Shown here: positions 1-8,397 of the stretch, in pieces
Numbering within the stretch: position 1 is the first letter of the stretch
How the letters are laid out: each line of letters starts with the position of its first letter
Program-made: the position numbers and the translations under genes
Notes under the pieces: generated by a model
Seen by the model: the letters and a program-made list of their open reading frames with translations, nothing else
What the model was told of the DNA's origin: nothing
Databases searched by the model: none
Assembly (NCBI GenBank): GCA_958295695.1
Contig: OY282363.1
Location: 1,738,225 to 1,802,224 of the forward strand
Reading direction: 5' to 3'
DNA from: an uncultured Alphaproteobacteria bacterium
Lineage (GTDB): Bacteria > Pseudomonadota > Alphaproteobacteria > SP197
DNA length: 64,000 nt

Positions 1-1
1 C

Positions 2-712
2 AACACCGAGACCAGCACCATGGCGCGGGAATCCGATGTCGTGCTTGCGACGCACGCCGGCCCCGAGATCGGCGTCGCGGCGACCAAGACCTTCACCTGC
101 CAACTCGCCGTCCTCCTGAGCCTCGCCATCGCCGCGGCCCGGGCGCGCGGCGCCCGGTCGGACGAAGAGCTCCGGCGCGCCGCCGCGGCGTTGGCCTCCC
201 TGCCGACCCAGGTGTCGCGCGCGCTGCGCACGGAAGACCGGGCGCGGGCCATCGCCCATGACATCGCCGAGGCGCGCGATGTGCTCTACCTGGGCCGCGG
301 CGCCTCCTATGTCATCGCCATGGAAGGAGCATTGAAACTCAAGGAAATCAGCTACATACACGCGGAAGGTTATGCATCGGGCGAGATGAAGCACGGTCCC
401 ATCGCGCTGATCGACGAGCATGTCCCGATCATCGTCGTCGCGCCCACGGACGCGCTCTTCGACAAGACCATGTCGAACGTCCAGGAAGCCGCCGCGCGCG
501 AGGGGCGCATCATGCTGATCACCGACGAGGAGGGGGCCCGCCGGGCCGGCGACGTGGCCGAGAGAACGCTGATCGCGCCCCGGGCCGATCCGCTGATCGC
601 GCCGGTCGTCTACGCCGTTCCGGTCCAGATGATCGCCTACCATGCCGCGGTCAGGAAAGGCACCGACGTCGACCAGCCCCGCAATCTCGCCAAGAGCGTG
701 ACGGTCGAGTAG
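2..712 (+). CDS. glmS: Glutamine--fructose-6-phosphate aminotransferase, C-terminal SIS domains (5' end outside window)
   Basis: ORF 20..712 reads in-frame from the window edge. Protein ends ...NLAKSVTVE, with SIS-domain motifs (GRGASYVIAMEGALKLKEISYIHAEGYASGEMKHGP) typical of the GlmS C-terminus. Confidence 0.9.
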   Translation, partial: NTETSTMARESDVVLATHAGPEIGVAATKTFTCQLAVLLSLAIAAARARGARSDEELRRAAAALASLPTQVSRALRTEDRARAIAHDIAEARDVLYLGRGASYVIAMEGALKLKEISYIHAEGYASGEMKHGPIALIDEHVPIIVVAPTDALFDKTMSNVQEAAAREGRIMLITDEEGARRAGDVAERTLIAPRADPLIAPVVYAVPVQMIAYHAAVRKGTDVDQPRNLAKSVTVE

Positions 713-715
713 AGC

Positions 716-900
716 GTTGTCGGCGCCGGCATGTCGGACCTGGTTGCGGGCCACCGGCTCAAGCAGGTGGGTCTTTCCTTCACCGTTGTCGAGCGCCGCG
801 CCGAGATCGGCGGAACCCGACTCGACAACGCCTCGCGATACAAGCGTCCGGCGTTTGGCGACCGCGTTCTCCGATCGTCCGCTCACTATCGCCCGCGGGT
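716..900 (+). pseudogene. Remnant N-terminus of an FAD-dependent (Baeyer-Villiger/flavin) monooxygenase, decayed
   Basis: Immediately after the glmS stop the frame reads SVVGAGMSDLVAGHRLKQVGLSFTVVERRAEIGGTRLDNASRYKRP. This is a GxGxxG FAD-binding fold followed by a GGTW-like motif. There is no start codon upstream of the motif, and the reading frame degenerates into low-complexity sequence after ~55 aa. Confidence 0.3.
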
Positions 901-1361
901 CCTTCATCAGCAGGAACAGGCGACAGGGATCCGTGGGGCGCGGCTCGAACTCCAGAGCCTCGTACCAAGCCCGCGCCTCGTCGTCCTTGGTGTGGACAGG
1001 AAGCGCCCGGATATCGGCGGCCGCGGCGGTCGAGGATATCCTGGAAGGCCCGCCACCGCCGGTCGTCGATCCGGAACATCCGCCGGGCGACCAAGGTGTC
1101 CTCGGCGGCGGCGACCCCGGCCTCGAGCAGAAACTCCGTGACGTTCTTGTGCGACAAGGCCGCGGCCCGCTGGAGCAACGCCTTCACGCTCGGGGTCGTC
1201 CGAAACTCGATGCGCTACGACTTGTTTTCGGCGATGGCCGTGAGCGTTCCTCCGAGAGGATCCGCCGGCGTCCTGTCATACGGATATTGTACGGACAAGG
1301 ACGCATCGACGCCGGATGTCAATGGCGCTCCAACATGCCTCGCACGAGCCCCAGGCGACGA

Positions 1362-1900
1362 CTACTCGGTCGCCGCGGCCTCATCCTCTTCCTTCATCTG
1401 CTTGAGCAGTTCGGCGTTGTCCATCATGGCCTGCTTGCGGGCGCTACAGGAGCAACCGCCGTACTGGGCCCAGGTCACGGGATCGACGAAGGGGCCCGAC
1501 CACATGCCGACGCCGTCCCGTTCGGCGGCCGCGGCGCGCTCGAGATACTCCGCGCCGCGGTCTTCGTCGGGCACGGCAAGCCCGGCGTCGATCATGGCGC
1601 CGGCGAGGTCGCGGCCCGCGGCGCTGCAACGGCCCACGAGGCCCGCGCCCGTTTCCGCGATGTCCGAGCAGACGACCTCGTCGGCGCCGATCGCTTCTTC
1701 GAGATAGAGCGCCGCGTCCCAGCCGCAGGACCAGACGTTGTCCCTGGAACCGCAATTCTGGGTGATGGTCGGCGCGTGTACGCCATGGAGGGTCACCTCC
1801 CGTTCGCCGAACCGCACGGTGTCGCCGTCCATCACCATGGGTTGGCCGGCGAACTCGGCGAACGCCAGAGCGGGCGCCAGAGCGAGGATTGCCGTCAGCA
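1362..1900 (-). CDS. Secreted thermonuclease (staphylococcal-nuclease-like) family protein
   Basis: C-terminal 182 aa of ORF 1362..2696, from a GTG at 1900. It has a signal-peptide-like N-terminus (VKRLLTAILALAPALAFA) followed by the SNase-like core (MVMDGDTVRF...EVTLHGVHAPT...). Confidence 0.7.
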
Positions 1901-1984
1901 GACGTTTCACGGTGTCCCTCCATCGTGTTTGCCGAGCGACCGGAGTATGGCCCAGGCGCGGGAACCGCGCCAAGAGGCCGGATT

Positions 1985-2788
1985 TCACGTTTCCGCGCGC
2001 CGCAGAACGGCGATGAGCTCGTCTTCGAACGGAACGAGCGCGAGGTCGCGGCCGATGCGGGCGGCCAGCGCTTCGACGTGGCTCCGGTAGGTCTCCCGCA
2101 TGCCCTTCTCCCGGCCGCCGAGCGACCGTGCGGGGTAGGTGACGACCACTTGGGGGACGTCGGCGAGGCGCCGGAGCAGCGCGAGGGACGCGCCGTCGTC
2201 CTGCCGGTCGAGGCAGGGCAGGGTTTTGAGCGCCAACGCCAAGTCCGCGCCGCCGCTCTCGATTCCGCCCAGAACGTCGGCCCACAGGCTTTCGCCCGGC
2301 CGGCCGAGGCGCTTGAGAAGCCGCCCCGTCGCCTCCGCGACGCGGCGGTTCGCCTCCACGGCGCGGTAGCGGGTCGAGGGCGGTAGACCCATGAACGGCA
2401 GCGCGAAACCGTTGAAACCCGCCGCGACATCCAGGATGTGCGCGGGGAACCCGGTCTGGGCCCAGATGGCGGCGTAGAAGGCGTCCAGACGGTCGAGCCG
2501 CTCCGCGCTGGAGCGGTGCAGGCGGAGGACCGCCCGGCATGTCTCGACGATGTCGGCGCCGGTGTCCAGCGCATCGAGCCGGCGTTCGAGCGCGCGCAGG
2601 CTCCCGGGATCGAGGTAGGCGCCGAAAGCCTGATGCAACTTGCGCTTGGCGGCCTTCAACGCCTCGGCGGGCCTCGAATGCCGCTCGATCGCCCATCGCG
2701 CCGTTCGCTCCAGGGCCTCGGGCGCCAGGTCGCGGTACTTCGACGATGACGAGAGGACCCCGACGACCGAAGCGAGGGGATCAGCCAT
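1985..2788 (-). CDS. FmrO/Rmt/ArmA-family 16S rRNA (guanine1405-N7)-methyltransferase homologue
   Basis: 267 aa. Block-wise similarity to RmtB/ArmA: SSKYRDLAPE vs SKKYRALCPD, KRKLHQAFGAY vs KKKLHQIWGSY, LDVAAGFNGFAL vs LDFGCGFNPLAL, ALKTLPCLDRQ vs LLKMLPVLKQQ, YPARSLGGREKGMRETY vs FPTRSLGGRGKGMEANY. It overlaps the upstream tgt-like stop by 8 bp. Confidence 0.8.
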   Translation of the reverse strand: MADPLASVVGVLSSSSKYRDLAPEALERTARWAIERHSRPAEALKAAKRKLHQAFGAYLDPGSLRALERRLDALDTGADIVETCRAVLRLHRSSAERLDRLDAFYAAIWAQTGFPAHILDVAAGFNGFALPFMGLPPSTRYRAVEANRRVAEATGRLLKRLGRPGESLWADVLGGIESGGADLALALKTLPCLDRQDDGASLALLRRLADVPQVVVTYPARSLGGREKGMRETYRSHVEALAARIGRDLALVPFEDELIAVLRRAET

Positions 2789-3866
2789 CGGCCTCGCTCC
2801 GGCGCATCCTGTCGATCAACCGGGCGTAGAATCCGAGGTTGTGGCGCGTGGCCAGCCGCTCCGCCGCCGCATCGCCGATCTTGAAGAGATGATGAAGGTA
2901 GGCGCGCGAGGGGCCTTCGGGATCGAGGGACGGGTCTAGGGCCGACCGGTCTCGCGAGTGCCGTTCATGCTCCATGTAGAGAACATCATAAGATTTATTA
3001 TTTTTCAATATATTATCACTATTATCTAATGTAATATATAAACGCTTGCGACGAGCGTTGCGAGTGGGCAGGGCGCAGTCGAACAGACGGTAGCCGGCCC
3101 GCCAGGCCGCGAGCATGTTTTCCGGCTTTCCGATGCCGAGCGCATGCTTGGGGGCGTCCGCGGGCAGCAGGTCCGCGGTCATGGCGACCATGTCCGTCAG
3201 CAGGCCGTCGTCGCCGATGGGCCAGCCGCCGAAGCCGAAACCGTCGAAACCCATGCCGGCGAGCTCGCCGGCGCAACGTCTGCGCAGGTCGGGATCGGCG
3301 CCGCCCTGGACGACCGCGAAGAGCAGGGGGCGCCCGGCGGCGGCGGCGCCCGGTTCGCAGCCGGCCCGGGCGACGAATTCGTCGCGGCAGCGCCGCGCCC
3401 AGTCGAGCGTCCGTTCGATCCCGGCCCGCTGCGCCTCGGCGGGATCGTTGGGGTGGGTGCACTGGTCGAGGCAGAACAGGATGTCGGCGTCGAGATCGAG
3501 CTGGCGCCGGATACACTTCTCGGGCGTGAGGAGGCGCTTCCTGGCGCCCTTTTCGTGCCGGTAGACGAAGCCCCTGTCGGTCACGCTGCCGAGGCCCGCG
3601 CCGGACGCGGCCATCGACCACGCCTGGAAGCCTCCGGAATCGGACGCGGCGATGCCGTTCCAGCCCATGAAGCGGTGGACGCCGCCCACGGCCTTCACGG
3701 TCGAGGCGCCCGGCCGCGTGGCGAGATGCAGGCTGTTCACCATCAGCGCCTCGACGCCGCATTCGGCGAGGTCGCGGGAATCGAGACCCTTCACGACCGC
3801 GCGCGTGCCGTCGGGCAGGAACGCCGGCAGGCGGAGCGGGCCGCGGCGGGTGCCGAGGACCTTCAC
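2781..3866 (-). CDS. tRNA-guanine transglycosylase (Tgt) paralogue lacking the zinc-site cysteines
   Basis: 361 aa. Tgt catalytic motifs are present (SDSGGFQ; LDQCT; GIGKPENM; FDCALPTRNARRKR; SRAYLHHL...RHNLGFY). The CxCxxC zinc site is replaced by LDPSLDPEGPS. The gene contains a 71-bp AT-rich in-frame segment (2974..3044). Its 4-bp start overlaps the rsmI stop. Confidence 0.8.
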   Translation of the reverse strand: MKVLGTRRGPLRLPAFLPDGTRAVVKGLDSRDLAECGVEALMVNSLHLATRPGASTVKAVGGVHRFMGWNGIAASDSGGFQAWSMAASGAGLGSVTDRGFVYRHEKGARKRLLTPEKCIRRQLDLDADILFCLDQCTHPNDPAEAQRAGIERTLDWARRCRDEFVARAGCEPGAAAAGRPLLFAVVQGGADPDLRRRCAGELAGMGFDGFGFGGWPIGDDGLLTDMVAMTADLLPADAPKHALGIGKPENMLAAWRAGYRLFDCALPTRNARRKRLYITLDNSDNILKNNKSYDVLYMEHERHSRDRSALDPSLDPEGPSRAYLHHLFKIGDAAAERLATRHNLGFYARLIDRMRRSEADG

Positions 3867-4573
3867 GCCCGGCCCTTCGTCCGCGGGAACTTCGGGTTGT
3901 CGCCGGCGATCACGACCGTGACCTCGCCCCTGGGCGTCTCCTCCGAGAACCGCGCCGCGAGGGTCGAGATCCAGCCCCGGGCGGTTTCCTCGAACATCTT
4001 GGTGAGCTCGATGCAGACCGCCGCCCTGCGGTCGCCATAGACCTCCAGCGCGTCGGCCAGCAAGGCGCCCAGCCGGTGGGGCGATTCGAACAGCACCTGG
4101 GTGTGGCCGCTGCCGGTTTCGGCGGCCAGGAAGGTCCGCCGCTTGCCGGCCTTGCGCGGCGGGAAGCCGCGGAACGTGTAGCTCGCCGTCGGCAGGCCCG
4201 AGAGCGCGAGCGCGGTGGCGACCGCCGTCGGTCCCGGAACCGCCTCGACCGCGAAACCCTCTTCGGTGGCCATACGGACCGCGCGAAAACCGGGATCGCT
4301 GAGCCCCGGCATGCCGGCGTCGGTGGCGAGCCCCACCTTGAGACCCCGGCGCAGCAGGCCCGCCATGCGTTCCGTGGCCCGGTCCTCGTTATGGTCGTGG
4401 CAGGAGAAGACCACGGGCGGGCTGCGCAGGCCGAAGCGCTCGTAGAGCTTGCGTGTGCGGCGCGTGTCCTCGCAGGCGAGAGCGTCGAGCGAACCCAGGG
4501 TATCGAGGACCCGCTTCGAAATGTCGTCCAGGTTGCCGATAGGCGTGCCGATCAGGATGAGCGTGCCCGTCAT
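3863..4573 (-). CDS. rsmI: 16S rRNA (cytidine1402-2'-O)-methyltransferase
   Basis: Start set at the internal ATG (MTGTLILIGTPIGNLDDIS...) of ORF 3863..4714. Tetrapyrrole-methylase fold motifs are typical of RsmI. Confidence 0.85.
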   Translation of the reverse strand: MTGTLILIGTPIGNLDDISKRVLDTLGSLDALACEDTRRTRKLYERFGLRSPPVVFSCHDHNEDRATERMAGLLRRGLKVGLATDAGMPGLSDPGFRAVRMATEEGFAVEAVPGPTAVATALALSGLPTASYTFRGFPPRKAGKRRTFLAAETGSGHTQVLFESPHRLGALLADALEVYGDRRAAVCIELTKMFEETARGWISTLAARFSEETPRGEVTVVIAGDNPKFPRTKGRA

Positions 4574-4632
4574 GCGCCTTCCGTTCTTGACCCCGCGTCC
4601 GCGCCCCGTTTCCATGCCCGCGTTCGGGCGGG

Positions 4633-6729
4633 TTGTCGAGCATGGCGGGTTCGAAGGAGACCCTCGCGGCCCTGGTGGCGCCGCGGCGCATCGCGGTGGT
4701 CGGCGCCACCCCACGCGAGGGCGCGGTGGGCAACCGGGTGATCCGGCATGTCGCCGGGCCGCGCTTCGCCGGCGGCGTCGTCGCGGTCAACCCGGGCTAC
4801 GGCGAGGTGCTCGGCCGCACTTGCCACCCTTCGCTGGAAGCGCTTCCCGACGCCGCCGATTGCGCGGTCATGTGCGTCGGCGACAACCGCGTCGAGGCGG
4901 CCGTCGAGGACGCCGCGCGCGCCGGCGTCAAGGCGGTCGTCCTGCTCGGCCGCCTCTACGATCCGGGCCACGGCGGCCCCACGCTCCCGGAGCGTGTCGC
5001 GGGCCTCTGCCGGGAGGCCGGCATGGCCGCCTGCGGGGCGAACTGCATGGGTGTGTTCAACACCATCGACGATGTGTGCCTGGCCATGAGCCACCTGCCC
5101 GGGCTGGACCGGCCCGGGCGCATCGGCCTGCTGTCCCACAGCGGCTCGACCTGGTCGGGGCTGGGCGGAAATCACCGGCCGTTGCGTTTCGGGATCGGCG
5201 TCTCGATGGGCAACGAGCTCGTGACGGGCCTGGCGGACTATCTCGAGTTCCTCGTCGAACGTCCCGAAACCTCCGCCATCGGTCTCGTGCTGGAGACGGT
5301 GCGCGACGGCGACCGTTTCGTCGCCGCCGCGGAGGCGGCGGACAGGGCCGGCGTCCCCCTCGTCGCCCTGAAACTCGGCAAGACCGAGAAGGCGCGCGGG
5401 TTCGCGCTCTCCCACAGCGGCGCCCTGGCGGGCGACGAGCGGGTCTACGACGCCGTGTTCCGCCGCCGCAACGTCATCGGCGTCGACACGCTCGACGAGA
5501 TGGCGGATACGCTGGAGGCGATGGCCTGCGGCCGCGCGCCCACGGCCGACACGGTTGGAATCCAGACAGATTCCGGCGGCGAGCGGCAGCTCATCGCCGA
5601 TCTCGCCGAGCGCAACAAGGTGCCGCTCGCTGTCTTCGGCGAGGCCACCCGGGCGGCGCTGGCCGGGGTGCTCGATCCGGGCCTGGAGCCCGACAACCCC
5701 GTGGATTACTGGGGCGAGGGAGGTCTTCCCGTCGCGCCCAGGGTCATGGACGCGATCGCGCGGGCGCCGGAGGTCGGGGTCGTGGTCTTCTCCACCAACA
5801 TGGTGTCGGGCCGTGCGCTGCTCAACGCCTCGACCGCCGCGCTCGAGGACGCCCACCGGGCGACGGACAAGCCCTGCATGATGCTGGCGAACATCTCCGA
5901 CGCCGTCGACGCCGGGGAGGCCGCGCGCCTCCGCGACGCGGGAATCCCCGTCCTTTCGGGCACCGAGACCGGTCTCAGGGCGATCGGCCATCTGATCGGA
6001 TGGCACGCGCGCCGGAGAGAGAGCGGAGAGCGCGGCGGCGCGGTCGAACCACCGGATTCCGGGATCGTGGCGTACTGGCGTCGGCGGCTCGAGGACCGCG
6101 CGCCGGCGCCGGAGGAGGCGATCGCCATGGTCGCCGATTTCGGCGTGCCGGCGCCCGAGACCGCGGTGTGCGCGGACGAGCGGGACGCGGTCGCCGCGGC
6201 GGAACGCATCGGATTCCCGGTCGTGCTGAAGACGGCGGACCCTTCGATCCCGCACAAGACCGACGTGGGCGGCGTTGTTCTGGATATCGGGACCGATGAC
6301 GAGCTTCGCGCGGCCTACCGGGCCATGGCCGGCGCGCTCGGATCCCGCGTCCTGATCCAGCCGATGGTCTCCCCAGGTGTCGAGATGCTCGTCGGGATGA
6401 CGTCGGATCCGACCTTCGGGCCGGTCATGACCCTGGCGACGGGCGGTGTCCTGACGGAGGTGCTGGACGACGCGGTGGCGGCGGCGCCGCCGGTGTCGCC
6501 CGGCGAGGCCGCCGATCTGGTCGCCGGCCTCAAGGGTTCGGTCCTGCTCGATGGCGTGCGCGGCGCGCGGCCGGCGGACCGCGACGCGCTGGCCCGGGCC
6601 GTGTCGCGCCTCTCGGCGATGGCGGTGGCGCTCGGCGACCTGATCGGCGCGTTCGACGTCAATCCCCTGATCGTCCACGAGCGGGGCGTGACCGCCGTCG
6701 ACGCGCTGGTGACGCCGCGGGGACCGTGA
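4633..6729 (+). CDS. Acyl-CoA synthetase (NDP-forming), CoA-binding + ATP-grasp domains (acetate--CoA ligase [ADP-forming]-like)
   Basis: 698 aa. N-terminal CoA-binding Rossmann fold (RRIAVVGATPREGAVG), a succinyl-CoA-synthetase-like middle, and a C-terminal ATP-grasp (FPVVLKTADPSIPHKTDVGGVVLDI). Confidence 0.85.
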   Translation: MSSMAGSKETLAALVAPRRIAVVGATPREGAVGNRVIRHVAGPRFAGGVVAVNPGYGEVLGRTCHPSLEALPDAADCAVMCVGDNRVEAAVEDAARAGVKAVVLLGRLYDPGHGGPTLPERVAGLCREAGMAACGANCMGVFNTIDDVCLAMSHLPGLDRPGRIGLLSHSGSTWSGLGGNHRPLRFGIGVSMGNELVTGLADYLEFLVERPETSAIGLVLETVRDGDRFVAAAEAADRAGVPLVALKLGKTEKARGFALSHSGALAGDERVYDAVFRRRNVIGVDTLDEMADTLEAMACGRAPTADTVGIQTDSGGERQLIADLAERNKVPLAVFGEATRAALAGVLDPGLEPDNPVDYWGEGGLPVAPRVMDAIARAPEVGVVVFSTNMVSGRALLNASTAALEDAHRATDKPCMMLANISDAVDAGEAARLRDAGIPVLSGTETGLRAIGHLIGWHARRRESGERGGAVEPPDSGIVAYWRRRLEDRAPAPEEAIAMVADFGVPAPETAVCADERDAVAAAERIGFPVVLKTADPSIPHKTDVGGVVLDIGTDDELRAAYRAMAGALGSRVLIQPMVSPGVEMLVGMTSDPTFGPVMTLATGGVLTEVLDDAVAAAPPVSPGEAADLVAGLKGSVLLDGVRGARPADRDALARAVSRLSAMAVALGDLIGAFDVNPLIVHERGVTAVDALVTPRGP

Positions 6730-6868
6730 GTGTCCGGTGGCGCGGCCCATGCAGATTTCGCATGGATGGGGCGACGAAATCCCGCTACCGCGCGGGCCGG
6801 CGGAAAACTATCTCGCCCCTCGACGGCCCCGGACGAAGGCGGGCCTTTTGCCGGCGAGGAACAAGGCC

Positions 6869-7039
6869 ATGTCCAACATTCTCCGCAAGCTGCGCGCCGA
6901 GTGGCGGGTGAAGAGCATGCGCCGGGAGCTCGCCGGCCTGACGGACGGGCAGCTCGACGATCTCGGCATCCATCGCGGTCAGATCGCCGATCTGGCGCGG
7001 TACTGCCACGGCCTCGGGCCGCGTCCAGACAGCATCTGA
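6869..7039 (+). CDS. DUF1127 domain small protein
   Basis: MSNILRKLRAEWRVKSMRRELAGLTDGQLDDLGIHRGQIADLARY. The LxDxxLxDIG-R-DI signature is typical of DUF1127. Start set at the internal ATG of ORF 6737..7039. Confidence 0.6.
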   Translation: MSNILRKLRAEWRVKSMRRELAGLTDGQLDDLGIHRGQIADLARYCHGLGPRPDSI

Positions 7040-7197
7040 CATCCGCCCGGCTTCCTCCGGCCCGGAGTATCGCGCGACAGGGTTCCCGAGGCTGGCGTAC
7101 TTCGGACGCCACGACAAACCCTGTCCGCGCCGTCCGAGGCCGATTGCCGCGCGACTCGCCAACCTGTATCGTCCGGCCGGTCAGCCGGAGGCGTCCG

Positions 7198-8358
7198 ATG
7201 AATCCGACCGAGATGTACGGCCCGCTCCCGGGCGGGTTGCACGACGATCCGCGCCGATCCTACACGATGGCCTCGCGCTACTACACCGACCCCGCGGTTC
7301 TCGACGCGGAGATGGACAGGATCTTCGCGCGTTCGTGGCTCTTCGTGGGTCACGAAAGCCGGATCGCCGAACCGGGAAGCTACAGGACGGTCACGGTCGC
7401 CGACGAGAGCCTGGCGCTGGTCCGCGGCCGCGACGGCGAGCTCCGCTGCTTCTACAACGTGTGCCAGCATCGCGCGCACCGCATCCTGACCGGCGAGGGC
7501 GCGCTCAAGCTCACCATGGTGTGCCCCTACCACGGCTGGGCCTACAACCTGGACGGCACACTGAGGACGGCGCGCGGGTGCGAGAACGTCGAGAACTTCG
7601 ACAAGAGCGAATTCGGCCTCGAGCAGGTGCGTGTGGAAACCATGCTGGGTCTGATCTTCGTCAACCTCGACCCCGGCGCGCGGCCGTTCCGCGAACAATA
7701 TGCCGGACTGGAGGAGGACATCCTGCGCTGGATGCCGCGCGCCGACGGGCTCGGCTTCGCCCGCGCGCGGGATTTCACGATCGAGGCCAACTGGAAGGTC
7801 GTGATCGACAACTTCCAGGAATGCTACCACTGCGAGCCGGCGCATCCGGCCTTCGTCGATATGGTGGCGATGCCGACCTACCGCAACAGGACGCACCGGT
7901 TCTGGTCGGCCCAGACCTCGGACAAGCCGAGTTCCAGGAACAGTTCCGCCTACGCCTTCGAGACCGGTGACGTGGATTTCGGCTATGCGGGCTACTTCGT
8001 CTGGCCGAACCTGACGATCTGGCTGATGCCGGGCGAGCCGAACCTCATGACCCTGCAGATGCTGCCGGACGGTCCGGAACGTTGCGTCGAACACCTGCAT
8101 TGGCATTCGCTGGGCGGCGAACTGACCGGGCAGGCCGTGTCCGCCATCGACTATGTCGTCGATGTTCTGCAACCCGAGGACATCTCGATTTGCGAAAGCG
8201 TCCACCTGGGCCTGAAGTCGCGCGGCTACGACCGGGGCCGCTTCATCGTCGACCGCGACCGGAGCCACATCAGCGAGCACGGCGTCCACCACTTCCACAT
8301 GCTGGTGATGCAGGCGCTGGAGGGCGGACCGTCCCCGGCGACACAGGCCGCGGAGTAG
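7198..8358 (+). CDS. Rieske (2Fe-2S) aromatic-ring-hydroxylating oxygenase, alpha subunit
   Basis: Rieske motif CQHRAH...CPYHGW. A non-haem Fe catalytic domain follows. Start at MNPTEMYG, downstream of the spurious N-terminal extension. Confidence 0.85.
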   Translation: MNPTEMYGPLPGGLHDDPRRSYTMASRYYTDPAVLDAEMDRIFARSWLFVGHESRIAEPGSYRTVTVADESLALVRGRDGELRCFYNVCQHRAHRILTGEGALKLTMVCPYHGWAYNLDGTLRTARGCENVENFDKSEFGLEQVRVETMLGLIFVNLDPGARPFREQYAGLEEDILRWMPRADGLGFARARDFTIEANWKVVIDNFQECYHCEPAHPAFVDMVAMPTYRNRTHRFWSAQTSDKPSSRNSSAYAFETGDVDFGYAGYFVWPNLTIWLMPGEPNLMTLQMLPDGPERCVEHLHWHSLGGELTGQAVSAIDYVVDVLQPEDISICESVHLGLKSRGYDRGRFIVDRDRSHISEHGVHHFHMLVMQALEGGPSPATQAAE

Positions 8359-8397
8359 GGGACGCGGGCGGTCCGTCCCGTCCCGGAGGATGGAGGC

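Noticed and set aside
717-2090. 457-aa ORF spanning the glmS-nuclease gap and the nuclease gene
   Set aside because: Low-complexity translation. Its region is better explained by the FMO remnant (+) and the thermonuclease (-).
4449-6750. Long ORFs 4449..6299(+) and 4570..6750(-) overlapping the acyl-CoA synthetase gene
   Set aside because: Arg/Gly/Pro-rich low-complexity translations typical of off-frame ORFs in high-GC DNA. The co-located + strand frame has clear CoA-binding and ATP-grasp homology.
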